Positions 36,333 to 46,375 of a stretch of 64,000 nt of DNA are shown here, piece by piece. The position numbers and the translations under genes were made by a program. The DNA is from Dehalococcoidia bacterium (lineage in GTDB: Bacteria; Chloroflexota; Dehalococcoidia; Lucifugimonadales; UBA3495), in NCBI GenBank assembly GCA_963422765.1, contig OY730490.1:1613861-1677860 (forward strand), read 5' to 3'. The stretch's first letter is position 1, and the number at the start of each line of letters is the position of its first letter. The notes below the pieces were generated by a model. It ran no database searches and was not told the DNA's origin. It saw only the letters and a list, made by a program, of their open reading frames with translations.

Positions 36333-37709
36333 TTACCCGCCCAGCCCTTGCAACGCCGCGAGCAGTTCGCCGTCCTCGCCGGGGGCGACGGTGCGGGGGT
36401 CAAACAGCACTCGCCCATCCTCCACCCTAGCCACAACCGGCGGGCGGCCTTCTCGCAGGCGTCGCATCACGTCCTCAGCGCCGCCGGGACGGGCCGAGGC
36501 GTCCAGGGCGAGCGCCCAAGTGGGAAGCGTCTCACCGGGCAGACTGCCCCCGCCCACGGCGGAGCGCGATTCAACCACGCTGTACAGAGCCGGGCCGGGC
36601 GCCCCAGTCAGTTGCGCTCTCCAGCCGTGAGCGCGTTCCCGTAACGACTCGGCCGGAGCGGAAATCATACGCCAGACCGGAATCTCCCGCTCTGCTTCGC
36701 CCCGCAGATAATGAACCAGCGTAGCGGTAAGGCTGGCCAGGCTCAGCTTGTCTATCCGCACGGCGCGGGCCAGCGGATGACGCGCCAGACGCGCCACCAG
36801 TTCCCGCCGTCCGGCCACGATGCCTGCCTGCGGGCCGCCCAGCAGCTTGTCGCCGGAAAAGAATACCAGCCCTATTCCGGCAGATACGCTTTCTTGGGGC
36901 ATAGGCTCGTGGGCCAGCCCGTATCTCTCGGTGGGCAGCAGGCTGCCGCTGCCGACGTCGTGCAGCACGGATACGCCGAGACGGTCGCCTAGCCCAGCCA
37001 GTTCCTGCGCCCCCACCTCGGAGGTAAACCCTTCGACGCGGAAGTTGCTGGCGTGGACTTTCAGGTATGCGGCGGTGTCCGCGGTGGTGGCGTCTTCGTA
37101 GTCGCTCAGGTAGGTGCGGTTGGTCGTTCCCACATCCACCAGCGCCGCCCCGCTCTGGCGCAGTACGTCAGGAACGCGGAAGCCGCCGCCAATTTCTACT
37201 GCTTCGGCGCGGGACACAATGACCTCGCGCCCGGCGGCCAGCGCCGACAGCCCCAGAAGCAGCGCCGAGGCGTTGTTGTTCACGGCGAAAGCCGCCTCCG
37301 CTCCGGTGATCTGCCGCAGCAGCGACTCCAGCCTGGTCTGCCGGGAACCGCGCCGCCCAGAATCCAGGTCAAACTCTAGGTTCGAATATCCGGCGGCGGC
37401 TTCCTCGGCGGCCCTCATCGCGGCTCGGCTAAGTGGGGCGCGGCCCAGGTTGGTATGGATGACAACGCCAGTGGCGTTGATCACTCGCCGCGGCTCAGCC
37501 CGCCCCGACTCCTCCACCCGGCGACAGACCAGCGCCGCGATTTCCTCGGCGCCGTCGGCCTCTTCGCCCTCCCGAATGCGCTGGCGGGCCGCGTATAACT
37601 CTGACCGAGCCAGTTCCACCACCCACTCGCGGCTGAACGCCGCTGCGGCCGCCGCCACTTCGGGAATGACAAGAACGCTGTCAACACTGGGAAGGTTTCG
37701 AAACTGCAT
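36333..37709 (-). CDS. selA: L-seryl-tRNA(Sec) selenium transferase
   Basis: NATGVVIHTNLGRAPL and FSGDKLLGGPQAG (PLP lysine) motifs. Length is 458 aa. Confidence 0.85.
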   Translation of the reverse strand: MQFRNLPSVDSVLVIPEVAAAAAAFSREWVVELARSELYAARQRIREGEEADGAEEIAALVCRRVEESGRAEPRRVINATGVVIHTNLGRAPLSRAAMRAAEEAAAGYSNLEFDLDSGRRGSRQTRLESLLRQITGAEAAFAVNNNASALLLGLSALAAGREVIVSRAEAVEIGGGFRVPDVLRQSGAALVDVGTTNRTYLSDYEDATTADTAAYLKVHASNFRVEGFTSEVGAQELAGLGDRLGVSVLHDVGSGSLLPTERYGLAHEPMPQESVSAGIGLVFFSGDKLLGGPQAGIVAGRRELVARLARHPLARAVRIDKLSLASLTATLVHYLRGEAEREIPVWRMISAPAESLRERAHGWRAQLTGAPGPALYSVVESRSAVGGGSLPGETLPTWALALDASARPGGAEDVMRRLREGRPPVVARVEDGRVLFDPRTVAPGEDGELLAALQGLGG

Positions 37710-38114
37710 CTTGCTTTAGGGGAATGGGATTTCCTGCTGGCGCGACAATTATTCTAGCACGGGCTTCGCCGCTGGCGTTTACCATAAAGCATTTTCGATT
37801 TCAGGGTATATTATATTGCGCCAGCTTTCTCAATAGTATTGCAGATATTTAATATAGATAAATCAGCGCACGGATTCAATAGCTCGGATGTCTTGAAAAC
37901 CACTAGGAGCAGATAGGCCGTCGCGGAAGGCCTCGAACGAAATGCAAGCAGGCGGCAGGGTCTGGCGCTGATTTGGGGCCGGCCGCAGCAATCAGCCATG
38001 GCGACTGGCCGCATTGCTCATCGCTTTCGGTGGATTGATATTGCTGCTTGACTCGATGCGAGTGGCGCAGTTCCGCCTTAGCGAGCTGTAGGCCAACACT
38101 GCCCGCCACCCATC

Positions 38115-38545
38115 GAGAAAATTGCGAAACGAGGTGGAGGCCCGTCACAGGCTTGCGGCTCTACGGAAATGTCAACCTTTCATTCTTGAAAGTATCCGTC
38201 TTGAAGGTATCCGCTCTGGCGGCCGGGGGTTAGGGCAGGCGGGGCATCCCAGCGCAGTATTTCGAGGCAGGAGCCGGGTTCGGCCCAGGGGAGCAGGGCG
38301 CGGAGGATTTCGCTGAGGGTGCACATTTTTGATTTTCCGGCCATTTCCGGTCATGTTGTCCGTTTGGCCTGGGCGGGCCGGCGGCGCGGTTATGGCGCTA
38401 TGGTGAAATTGGTTCGGTGGTAAAAATGGTAGGGAGGTGTTATCAGGGTTGGCAAGGGGGAGGTGTCAGGGGAGCGGTTTATTTACAGGGATGGACAGGT
38501 TTTTCAGGTGTGAGAGGGAGGCCAGAGTAGTTTCGCAGTTTTCTC
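38115..38545. mobile_element. MITE-like element, long copy (431 nt, 16-bp TIRs with 1 mismatch), no transposase-sized ORF
   Basis: GAGAAAATTGCGAAAC at 38115-38130 and GTTTCGCAGTTTTCTC at 38530-38545. Both subterminal regions are homologous, in inverted orientation, to 17786-17905. Confidence 0.55.
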
Positions 38546-38991
38546 CCCCTCGCTGTTCTATGGCAATTTCAGTCTGCCGCGTTATAGAATTGGAGAATAC
38601 GCGGCCGGCTGAAATTGGAACGGGAATACTTATGAAGGGTGGAATCTGAAGGCCGGAATCGCCGTTATTCCTTAGGTATTGGGCTGTTACCCTTGCCGGG
38701 CCTTTCCGTGGGTTTATAGGTTAGGGAAAACGCAGGGCGCAGCAGCTCCGACAATCCCGTCTCAGCAGACACGGCGCAAGACCGGGGCGATAATGCGGCG
38801 GCTTTCAATTTCGTCTGCTCCTTACGGAGATACAGATACCCTAGATACCGATACTCTTTGATGCTCAATTCGGCTGAGGCGCGGATGAGCCGATGCCTTT
38901 GCCAACTCCGGTTTCCCGGCAACTTTCCGGTCAGCCGAGTTTATTGCCGAGTTCTATTAAGGTCAGCTAAGTTTTATCAGGAGATAACAAG

Positions 38992-40233
38992 ATGATTGCA
39001 GGCGAGGCCGGGCTGCCCCCAGAGCTGGAGGCCCTGAAGCTGACCATCCGGCAGATCGTCAAGGATGAGTGCTACCCGCTGGAGGCCGAGTACCTGGCCA
39101 ACCCAACGCTGGACGGCGCTGAAGACGAGGGCGCTCCCCGTGGCATCGCCGAAGCGCTACAAGGGATTCTGGGAACCCTGGGCAAGGAGAAGTGGGCCCA
39201 ACTGAACCAGATTTCCAAGGATACCGGCATCTACACCTCCTTCGTCCCAGAGGAGTACGGCGGCGGTGGTATGGGCGCTTTAGGCCACGTGGTGTTGGAC
39301 GAAGAGGTGCACAAGAGCATCGTTCAACTGCCCACATCACCGGTGCCGATGATAATGATTGGCAACTGCACGCCGGAGCAGGAACAGGAATATCTGCTGC
39401 CGTCCATCCGGGGCGAATTGCATTACGCCTTCGGCCAGACTGAACCCGACGCCGGTTCCGACCCTGGCGGCATGATGCAGACCCGCGCCGTTATTGACGG
39501 CGACGACTGGGTGCTGAACGGCGCCAAGACATTCATCTCGGGGGCCGCCAGTTCCGACTACATTCTGGTACAGGCCGTTACCGACCCGGAAAAGCGGCAG
39601 CGGGGCGGCATTACGATGTTCATCGTGGACAATCCCAGCCCCGGTCTGTCTTTCGAGCCTATTCGCATCTGGATCAACCCCACCAAGTCACAACAGCACA
39701 CGGTCAACCTGGACAACGTGCGTGTGCCGCAAACCAAAGTGCTGGGCGAGGTGGGGCGCGGCTTCACCCTGGGACAGAAGTGGCTGGTGCATCACGACAG
39801 GCTGTTGCGCGGCTCCATGGCCCTGGGCATTCTCAGCCGGGCTTTGGAAATGGCACTCGAGTGGTCAAAGCAGCGGGTAACCTACGGGCGGCCCATCGCC
39901 GACCGGCAAGCAATCCAGTGGATGCTAACCGACGTATACATAGATATAATGGCCCTACGGGCGGCCACCCGCGAGACGGCAACCCGCGCCGACGCCGACG
40001 AGGACGTGCGCGTCGAGGCGTCTATGATTAAGTATTGCGCCGGAGAGTGGGGCTGGCGCAGCATAGACAAAATAATGCAAGTGTTCGGCGGCACCGGCGA
40101 GACGCTGGACTTGCCCATCGCCCACTGGTATCACCTGTTGCGCCATGCCCGCATCGGCGGCGGCACCTCGGAAATCCACAAGTTTGTTATGGCCCGGGCT
40201 TTGCTGGACGGGCGCGTAAACTTCCAAGGCTGA
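38992..40233 (+). CDS. Acyl-CoA dehydrogenase
   Basis: FGQTEPDAGSDPGG motif and a C-terminal ...GGTSEIHK... segment. RBS AGGAG. Confidence 0.85.
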   Translation: MIAGEAGLPPELEALKLTIRQIVKDECYPLEAEYLANPTLDGAEDEGAPRGIAEALQGILGTLGKEKWAQLNQISKDTGIYTSFVPEEYGGGGMGALGHVVLDEEVHKSIVQLPTSPVPMIMIGNCTPEQEQEYLLPSIRGELHYAFGQTEPDAGSDPGGMMQTRAVIDGDDWVLNGAKTFISGAASSDYILVQAVTDPEKRQRGGITMFIVDNPSPGLSFEPIRIWINPTKSQQHTVNLDNVRVPQTKVLGEVGRGFTLGQKWLVHHDRLLRGSMALGILSRALEMALEWSKQRVTYGRPIADRQAIQWMLTDVYIDIMALRAATRETATRADADEDVRVEASMIKYCAGEWGWRSIDKIMQVFGGTGETLDLPIAHWYHLLRHARIGGGTSEIHKFVMARALLDGRVNFQG

Positions 40234-40282
40234 GCGCTCAACAAAAATCAGGCCATCAAACCCCAGACGCAGGAGATTTCTC

Positions 40283-41155
40283 ATGCCAAAGATAATTGGC
40301 GCCAACAAAACAATGTTCCTGCTGGCGGTTCCAGTCGCGGTCTTGCTACTGGCCGCAGTCTTAGTAGCCAAGACGTCGGCTCAGGAACATAACAATGGCG
40401 CATCCGCAGACGGCTCAGGGGGCGTTGCGTATAACGGCCCTGCCGGAATCAGGGTAAGCGGACAAGGCTCGGCCAGCGGCACGCCAGACATAGCCATAAT
40501 CAGCCTCGGCGTCGAATCGGTAGAGGATACGGCGGCGCTGGCCCGGGCCAATGCCGCAGCCGCCATGGACAAAATAATGGAAGTCTTGGCCGTAGCCAAC
40601 ATCAAGGCTCCGGACATCCAAACTACTTACTTCAACATCAGCCCCCGCTACCAGGGCGTGGAAGTTACCCGCTGCATTACAGAAAAGCCGCAACTAGGCG
40701 AATCCTGCTGGGAAGAATGGAAGCAGATGCTAGTCGGCTATTCGGTCACCAACAATGTGTCGGTGAAGATTCGGACTCCGGGAACCGCCGGAACGATTAT
40801 TGACGAGGTCACCGCCGCCAGCGGAGACCTCGTCAGCATCAATGGCATTAGCTTCGGTATAGAAGACCCGCAGAAGCTACAGAATGCGGCTCTGGCTGAT
40901 GCCGTGGCCGATATGAAACAGAAAGCCAAATTGCTGGCCAATCGTTCCGGCGTAGAGCTGGGCCGGTTGGTTTACTTGTCCGAGGAATCATACTATACGC
41001 CCAATCAGATGTACTGGCGAGCGGAACCGGCGGCGGCCTACGGTTCTTCCTACGCCGGCATGCCCACTCCCACGGCCATTGCCATCGGGGAACTGGAGTT
41101 TACCGCCAGCGTACAAGGCTCGTACCTAATCGCCGGAGCCAAATCCAGCCCATAG
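40283..41155 (+). CDS. SIMPL-domain (DUF541) exported protein
   Basis: N-terminal signal anchor. The pattern ...ISLGVES...TAALARANAAAAMDKIMEVL... is typical of SIMPL / 26-kDa periplasmic immunogenic proteins. Confidence 0.6.
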   Translation: MPKIIGANKTMFLLAVPVAVLLLAAVLVAKTSAQEHNNGASADGSGGVAYNGPAGIRVSGQGSASGTPDIAIISLGVESVEDTAALARANAAAAMDKIMEVLAVANIKAPDIQTTYFNISPRYQGVEVTRCITEKPQLGESCWEEWKQMLVGYSVTNNVSVKIRTPGTAGTIIDEVTAASGDLVSINGISFGIEDPQKLQNAALADAVADMKQKAKLLANRSGVELGRLVYLSEESYYTPNQMYWRAEPAAAYGSSYAGMPTPTAIAIGELEFTASVQGSYLIAGAKSSP

Positions 41156-41171
41156 AGTTTGGAGCAGCAAG

Positions 41172-41200
41172 TTGCGCCGCCGGGCCGTGGTTGCTAGAAT
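41172..41200 (+). promoter_or_regulatory. Sigma-70-like promoter upstream of dcd-ribD
   Basis: TTGCGC, 17-nt spacer, TAGAAT with TGc extended -10. Confidence 0.4.
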
Positions 41201-41278
41201 TTCGCCAACCTCACCAAACCCGACAAACCAAACCCGACAGACGGAAGTGCCGCAAAATTTGATTCCAAGATTTATTTC

Positions 41279-41881
41279 ATGGTGCTAAGCGACCGCACGA
41301 TTAAAGAGGAGCTGGGTAGCGGTCGCATCATAATTTCGCCCCTCGACCCGGCGGACATTCAGCCTGCCAGCGTTGACCTGCGCCTCGACCGTAAGCTCCT
41401 GGTTTTCACTAACTCCCGGCGTCCGCACATAGACATCAAGAAAGGGCTGGACGACCTGACTGAGACCGTCGAAATCAGCGACGACGAGCCTTTCATCCTG
41501 CACCCCGGCGAGTTCGTGCTGGGCAGCACTCTAGAGCATATCGAACTGCCTGGGGATCTGGTGGCGCGGCTGGAGGGGAAGAGCAGTCTGGGGCGCATCG
41601 GGCTGGTGATTCACTCCACGGCGGGCTTCGTGGATCCCGGCTGGAAGGGGCACCTCACCCTGGAACTGAGCAACTTGGCCAGGCTGCCCATCACCCTGTA
41701 CTATGGAATGAAAATCGGCCAGATTTCTTACCTGCGCCTGACCACGTCCGCTGACCGGCTCTACGGCTCCGAGGGACTAGGAAGCAAGTATCAGGGTCAG
41801 ACGGAACCGACGGCCAGCCGGTTTTCCCAAGAGTTTTCCGGCCCCGGCTCGGGCCGGAACCCCACCGGACCAGACAGATGA
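41279..41881 (+). CDS. dcd: dCTP deaminase
   Basis: [12 protein letters not shown] start, the pattern ...[25 protein letters not shown]..., and a length of 200 aa. Confidence 0.85.
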   Translation: MVLSDRTIKEELGSGRIIISPLDPADIQPASVDLRLDRKLLVFTNSRRPHIDIKKGLDDLTETVEISDDEPFILHPGEFVLGSTLEHIELPGDLVARLEGKSSLGRIGLVIHSTAGFVDPGWKGHLTLELSNLARLPITLYYGMKIGQISYLRLTTSADRLYGSEGLGSKYQGQTEPTASRFSQEFSGPGSGRNPTGPDR

Positions 41882-42987
41882 CCTTTATGCGCCAGGCCAT
41901 TGACCTAGCACGGCAGGCGCTGGGCTCTACCAGCCCCAACCCCGCCGTCGGCGCGGTCTTGGTGCGGGACGGCGTAATCGTAGGCCGAGGGGCGACCCAG
42001 CCGCCAGGACAGGCCCACGCCGAGGCTGTCGCTCTGGAGGTAGCAGGCCCACAGGCCCAAGGCGCTTCGCTCTACGTTACGCTAGAGCCGTGTTGCCACT
42101 GGGGGCGCACTCCCCCCTGCACTCGCGCTGTCATCCAAGCAGGCATCGCCGAGGTAGTCGTCGCATTTGCTGACCCAAACCCGGTAGTGGCCGGTGGCGG
42201 CATCGCCGAGCTGCGTGACGCTGGAATCAGGGTTACTGTGTTACCGGATGATTCGCCGGAGCGAGAGCAAACGCGCGAACTGTACGAGGGGTTCTCCAAA
42301 CATATCAACACCGGGCTTCCTTTCGCCACCGCCAAGTTCGCCATGAGTCTGGACGGCAAAATAGCCACTCGCACCGGCGATTCCAAGTGGGTAACCGGCC
42401 CCGGCGCCCGCGCCCTGGTGCAACAGATGCGCCGCGAGACTGACGCCGTGATGGTCGGCGCCAACACTGTGCTTGCTGACGATCCGCAACTTACCGCCCG
42501 CGGGGAAGACAACCTTCCCCTGCCGCGCCAGCCCGTGCGGGTGACGCTAGACAGCCAGTGCCGTATGCCCCTTGAGTCGCAGTTGTTGCGTCAACCGGGC
42601 CACGCCTTGGTCTACACCACCTGGGCAGCGCCTTCAGACAACGTCCGGGGACTGGAGAAGGCCGGGGCCGAGGTTGTGCCAGTGGGAGCCACCGCCAACG
42701 GACTGGTCTGCCCGATGGAGGCCCTGGCCGATCTGGGCAAACGCGGCATAGTAAACCTGCTGGTGGAAGGCGGGGGAAAGACACTGGGATCTCTTTTCGA
42801 CGGCGGGTTGGTAGACAAGGTGCAGGCTTTCGTCGCTCCGGTAATCATTGGCGGCAGCGAAGCGGCCTCGCCAGTGGAGGGCGTGGGCGCGGAGCTTATG
42901 GCGCAAGCGGTGCGTCTCGCGAAGACCTCTCTTCGTCAAATAGGATCCGATTGGCTGATTTCGGGCTATCCGCACCCAAGGAGCTAA
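41878..42987 (+). CDS. ribD: Bifunctional riboflavin biosynthesis protein RibD (deaminase/reductase)
   Basis: HAEAVAL and [13 protein letters not shown] deaminase motifs plus a reductase C-domain. It overlaps dcd by 4 nt. Confidence 0.9.
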   Translation: MTFMRQAIDLARQALGSTSPNPAVGAVLVRDGVIVGRGATQPPGQAHAEAVALEVAGPQAQGASLYVTLEPCCHWGRTPPCTRAVIQAGIAEVVVAFADPNPVVAGGGIAELRDAGIRVTVLPDDSPEREQTRELYEGFSKHINTGLPFATAKFAMSLDGKIATRTGDSKWVTGPGARALVQQMRRETDAVMVGANTVLADDPQLTARGEDNLPLPRQPVRVTLDSQCRMPLESQLLRQPGHALVYTTWAAPSDNVRGLEKAGAEVVPVGATANGLVCPMEALADLGKRGIVNLLVEGGGKTLGSLFDGGLVDKVQAFVAPVIIGGSEAASPVEGVGAELMAQAVRLAKTSLRQIGSDWLISGYPHPRS

Positions 42988-43090
42988 CCCGCAGCCCCAA
43001 ATTTCTTTTCCCTTGCTCTCTTCTCTTTATGTTAAAGAAGGGCAGGGCGAGGGTGAATACTAGCCCTGAGTATATTGGAAGGAGCCATCA

Positions 43091-43666
43091 ATGTTCACCG
43101 GAATCGTCGAAGAAGTCGGCTCCGTGGTCAGCATCAGCAGCAACGGCATGACCGTTCGGGCCGAAAAGGTGATGTCAGACCTGAAGCTGGGAGACAGCGT
43201 CGCGGTCAACGGCGCCTGTGTCACCGCGGTATTGCTATCCGGCTCCGAGTTCTCCGTGGACCTGTCGCCGGAGACCATGCGCCGCACCTCGCTGGGCGGC
43301 TTGGAGGAGGGCGGCGTAGTGAACCTGGAGCGCGCGCTGTCAGCCAGCGCCCGGATGGGCGGCCACATAGTACAGGGCCACGTAGACGATGCAGGCAGTG
43401 TTGAGTCCATCCAAGAAGACGGTGATTCGATCGTCTTCGAGATTACTGCCCCGAAACGGCTGATGCCGTACATAGTAGAGAAGGGCTTCATCGCGGTTGA
43501 CGGGATAAGTTTGACCGTGGTAAAAGTAAACTCTTCCTCGTTCACGCTGGCTGTGATACCATATACCCTCCATAATACTAATCTCGCAACACTATCAGTC
43601 GGCGATAGGGTTAACTTGGAAGCCGACATACTGGCAAAGTACGTGGAAAACCTGCTGAAGCGGTGA
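43091..43666 (+). CDS. ribE: Riboflavin synthase alpha chain
   Basis: MFTGIVEEVG start and internal duplication typical of riboflavin synthase. Confidence 0.9.
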   Translation: MFTGIVEEVGSVVSISSNGMTVRAEKVMSDLKLGDSVAVNGACVTAVLLSGSEFSVDLSPETMRRTSLGGLEEGGVVNLERALSASARMGGHIVQGHVDDAGSVESIQEDGDSIVFEITAPKRLMPYIVEKGFIAVDGISLTVVKVNSSSFTLAVIPYTLHNTNLATLSVGDRVNLEADILAKYVENLLKR

Positions 43667-43702
43667 GGCAAATCGGGTAGCCAAGCCAGCGCAGGAGAAG
43701 GA

Positions 43703-44914
43703 TTGATTATGCCCCTGTGTAGTCTGGAAGAGGCGCTAGACGAGCTTAAAGCGGGCAAACTGCTGATTGTTGTAGACGACGAAGACCGGGAAAACGAGGG
43801 CGACCTCGTGATGCCGGCGCAGACCGTGACCCCGGAAGCTATCAACTTCATTGCGAAGTATGCCAAGGGGCTTCTTTGTATGCCTATAATCGGCGAGCGG
43901 CTGGACGAGCTCCAGATGCCTCTGATGGTAAGCCAGAACGCAGGGCGAAAAGACCAAACGGCCTTCACCGTATCAGTGGACTACAAGATTGGCACTACGA
44001 CCGGCATCTCGGCCTTCGACCGGGCCGCGACAGTCAATGCTATGATAGACCCGGCGGTCAGTCCTGGCGATTTTACCAAGCCGGGCCACCTCTTTCCGCT
44101 CCGCTACCACCCAGGCGGCGTACTTGCCAGGCCAGGACATACCGAAGCGATTGTTGATCTCTGCAACATTGCCGGAATGTACCCCGCCGGCATTGTCTGT
44201 GAAATGATGGACGAAGACGGCTCCATGTCACGCCTTCCTCGGCTGGAAGAGTTCGCCGAGACCCACGGCCTGAAAATCCTCAGCATCGCCCAGATCATTG
44301 CCCACCGCCGCCACAATGAGAATCTCATTGAGCGAGTAGCGGAGACCAGGCTCCCCACCCGTTACGGTGAGTTCAGGGCCATCGGCTATCGCAGTTATTT
44401 TGACCAGGGCGAGCATATTGCCCTTACCATCGGGGATTGGAAGCCCAGCGACCCGGTGATGGTGCGAATTCACAGCGAATGCCTCACTGGCGACGTGTTC
44501 GGCAGCCTGCGTTGCGACTGCGGCGAGCAGGTGGAGCTGGCTCTCAATGCTCTCGCCAAGGAAGGCGTGGGCGTTCTGCTTTATATGCGGCAGGAAGGGA
44601 GGGGCATCGGCCTGCACAACAAAATCAAGGCTTATTCCTTACAAGACGATGGCTTGGACACCATCGAGGCTAACAAGACACTGGGCTTCGACCCCGATAT
44701 GCGCCACTATGAGGCTGGGGCGCAGATACTCTTAGACCTCGGAATCTCCAAAGTTCGCTTGCTCACCAACAACCCAAGTAAGATGGCCGGACTCTCCGGT
44801 TTCGGACTGGAAATCCAGGACCGCATTCCTCTGGAAGCATCGGTGAACGACGAGAACCGCAAATATCTGATTACCAAAAAGCTGCGCATGGGGCATTTGC
44901 TGGGAAACTGTTAG
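43703..44914 (+). CDS. ribBA: Bifunctional 3,4-dihydroxy-2-butanone-4-phosphate synthase / GTP cyclohydrolase II
   Basis: DDEDRENEGDL (DHBPS) and RIHSECLTGDVFGSLRCDCG (GCH II) motifs. The start is either TTG at 43703 or ATG at 43709. Confidence 0.9.
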   Translation: MIMPLCSLEEALDELKAGKLLIVVDDEDRENEGDLVMPAQTVTPEAINFIAKYAKGLLCMPIIGERLDELQMPLMVSQNAGRKDQTAFTVSVDYKIGTTTGISAFDRAATVNAMIDPAVSPGDFTKPGHLFPLRYHPGGVLARPGHTEAIVDLCNIAGMYPAGIVCEMMDEDGSMSRLPRLEEFAETHGLKILSIAQIIAHRRHNENLIERVAETRLPTRYGEFRAIGYRSYFDQGEHIALTIGDWKPSDPVMVRIHSECLTGDVFGSLRCDCGEQVELALNALAKEGVGVLLYMRQEGRGIGLHNKIKAYSLQDDGLDTIEANKTLGFDPDMRHYEAGAQILLDLGISKVRLLTNNPSKMAGLSGFGLEIQDRIPLEASVNDENRKYLITKKLRMGHLLGNC

Positions 44915-45177
44915 CAGCATTACAACGGCGGGTGGCGATGCCCTATAGCGCGTAGTGATCCCGATGAGATGGCAGGAACGCCTGCCTGCGCACAGCAATC
45001 CAGAAAGCGAAGCCGTACGCAAAGCCACTGCCTCCCATCTAATCCATTACCAGCGCTATTATCCGGCACAAAGCAACAATCCCTGCGGCCGACCGGCTCC
45101 CCACTGCTGGGAGCAACCCGGTTCGCGCGGTCAACTTACACTACACTTCCATCAGACGAAATGGCAATTCCTTTTCC

Positions 45178-46276
45178 CTAGCTCACCAGCTTCTGCATCA
45201 GGTACGCTTCAATAAACGGATCTATTGAGCCTCCCAACACGCCGTCTGGGTCAGTGCTTTGCAAGTTGGTTCGGTGGTCCTTAACCGACTTGTAAGGGTG
45301 CAGAACGTAGCTGCGAATCTGGTGTCCCCATTCAGGGTTTGTCCGCTCGCCGCGGATGCGGGCTAATTCTTCGGCCCGCTCGTCATCCTGGCGCTTCAGG
45401 AGGCGGGCGCGCAGTATCCGCATGGCATATTCGCGGTTCTGGTGCTGAGAGCGTTCCGTCTGGCAAGACACCACGATGCCAGTGGGCAGGTGGGTCAGCC
45501 GGACGGCGGACGCCACCTTCTGAACATTCTGACCGCCTGGGCCGCTGGAGCGGAAGGTGTCCATCTTCACGTCCTCCGGGCGGATATCAACATCGGCATC
45601 GCTCTCGACTGCCGGCAGTATCTCCACGTTGGCAAAGGAAGTATGCCGGAGATTATTGGGGTCGTAGGGCGACAGCCGCACCAGCCGGTGGACCCCTTGT
45701 TCGGCGCTGAGATAGCCGAAGGCATGAGTTCCACCCACCTCCAGCGTGCCACTGCGCAGACCTGCTTCATCGCCGTAGGAAAGGTCCATAACTTCCAGCG
45801 GACGTTTCCCCGCGTCGGCCCAGCCTGCATACATCTGTAGCAGCATCTGAGCCCAATCCTGCGAATCGGTGCCGCCGGCTCCGGAGTGAATGGTGACGAT
45901 GGCCGCGCGCTCGTCATAAGGGCCGGAGAGCGTGAGCTTGACTTCCTCGCGGGCAAACTCGCGGCTCAAGTCAGCGGCGTCCCTAGCCAGTTCTTCCTGG
46001 ATAGAAAAATCCTCTTCTTCAATAGCCAGAGCAGTCAGTTCCAAGAGATCCCGGCAGCGCAATTCCAGATTACGCCAGAGAGTCACAGTGTCGCGTAATC
46101 GTCCCATCTGCTGCATCTTGCGCTGGGCCTGCTGATGATCGCTCCAGAAATCCGGGGCGGCGGATTCCAGTTCCAGCTCCCCGATGGCTACTTCTTTGGC
46201 CGGGAGGTCAAAGGCGCTCCACCAGGGGCTCAATTTTTTCCGACAGGTAAGTGAGGTCTTGTCTCAACTGGTCCAT
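45178..46276 (-). CDS. prfB: Peptide chain release factor 2, requires programmed +1 frameshift
   Basis: A short frame-0 ORF, MDQLRQDLTYLSEKIEPLVERL, ends at CTT TGA C. The +1 frame continues DLPAKEVAIGELE... and carries the SPGGQNV (GGQ) motif. Confidence 0.9.
46207..46213 (-). other. prfB: RF2 autoregulatory +1 frameshift site CUU UGA C with upstream SD-like GGUGGAG
   Basis: The - strand reads ...CTGGTGGAGCGCCTTTGACCTCCC.... Confidence 0.85.
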
Positions 46277-46351
46277 AAGTGTGGTTCATCTCCAGAAACA
46301 GTCGCGCGCCCCACAGCCCTGCGAGACGCACGGTAAAGTCGCTTACCTTCC

Positions 46352-46360
46352 ATTATACCA
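46352..46360 (-). promoter_or_regulatory. Extended -10 promoter element upstream of prfB
   Basis: The - strand reads TGGTATAAT, about 80 nt upstream of the ATG. Confidence 0.35.
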
Positions 46361-46375
46361 GCAGACAAGGCAGAT

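Noticed and set aside
38665-38922. 85-aa ORF in the non-coding gap upstream of the acyl-CoA dehydrogenase.
   Set aside because: It has no RBS and odd composition, and it overlaps short AGATACC repeats. Nothing supports it as coding.
37710-38991. Possible tRNA-Sec (selC) or another tRNA next to selA.
   Set aside because: Every TCA/TGA-containing candidate loop I checked on both strands lacked complementary anticodon-stem flanks. No GGTTCGAnTCC-type T-arm is present in the correct order. This was done by eye only, so a covariance-model scan is still advisable.
41156-43090. FMN (RFN) riboswitch controlling the rib genes.
   Set aside because: ribD overlaps dcd, leaving no leader. The dcd upstream region and the ribD-ribE spacer lack the conserved GC-rich RFN core as far as I can recognise it.
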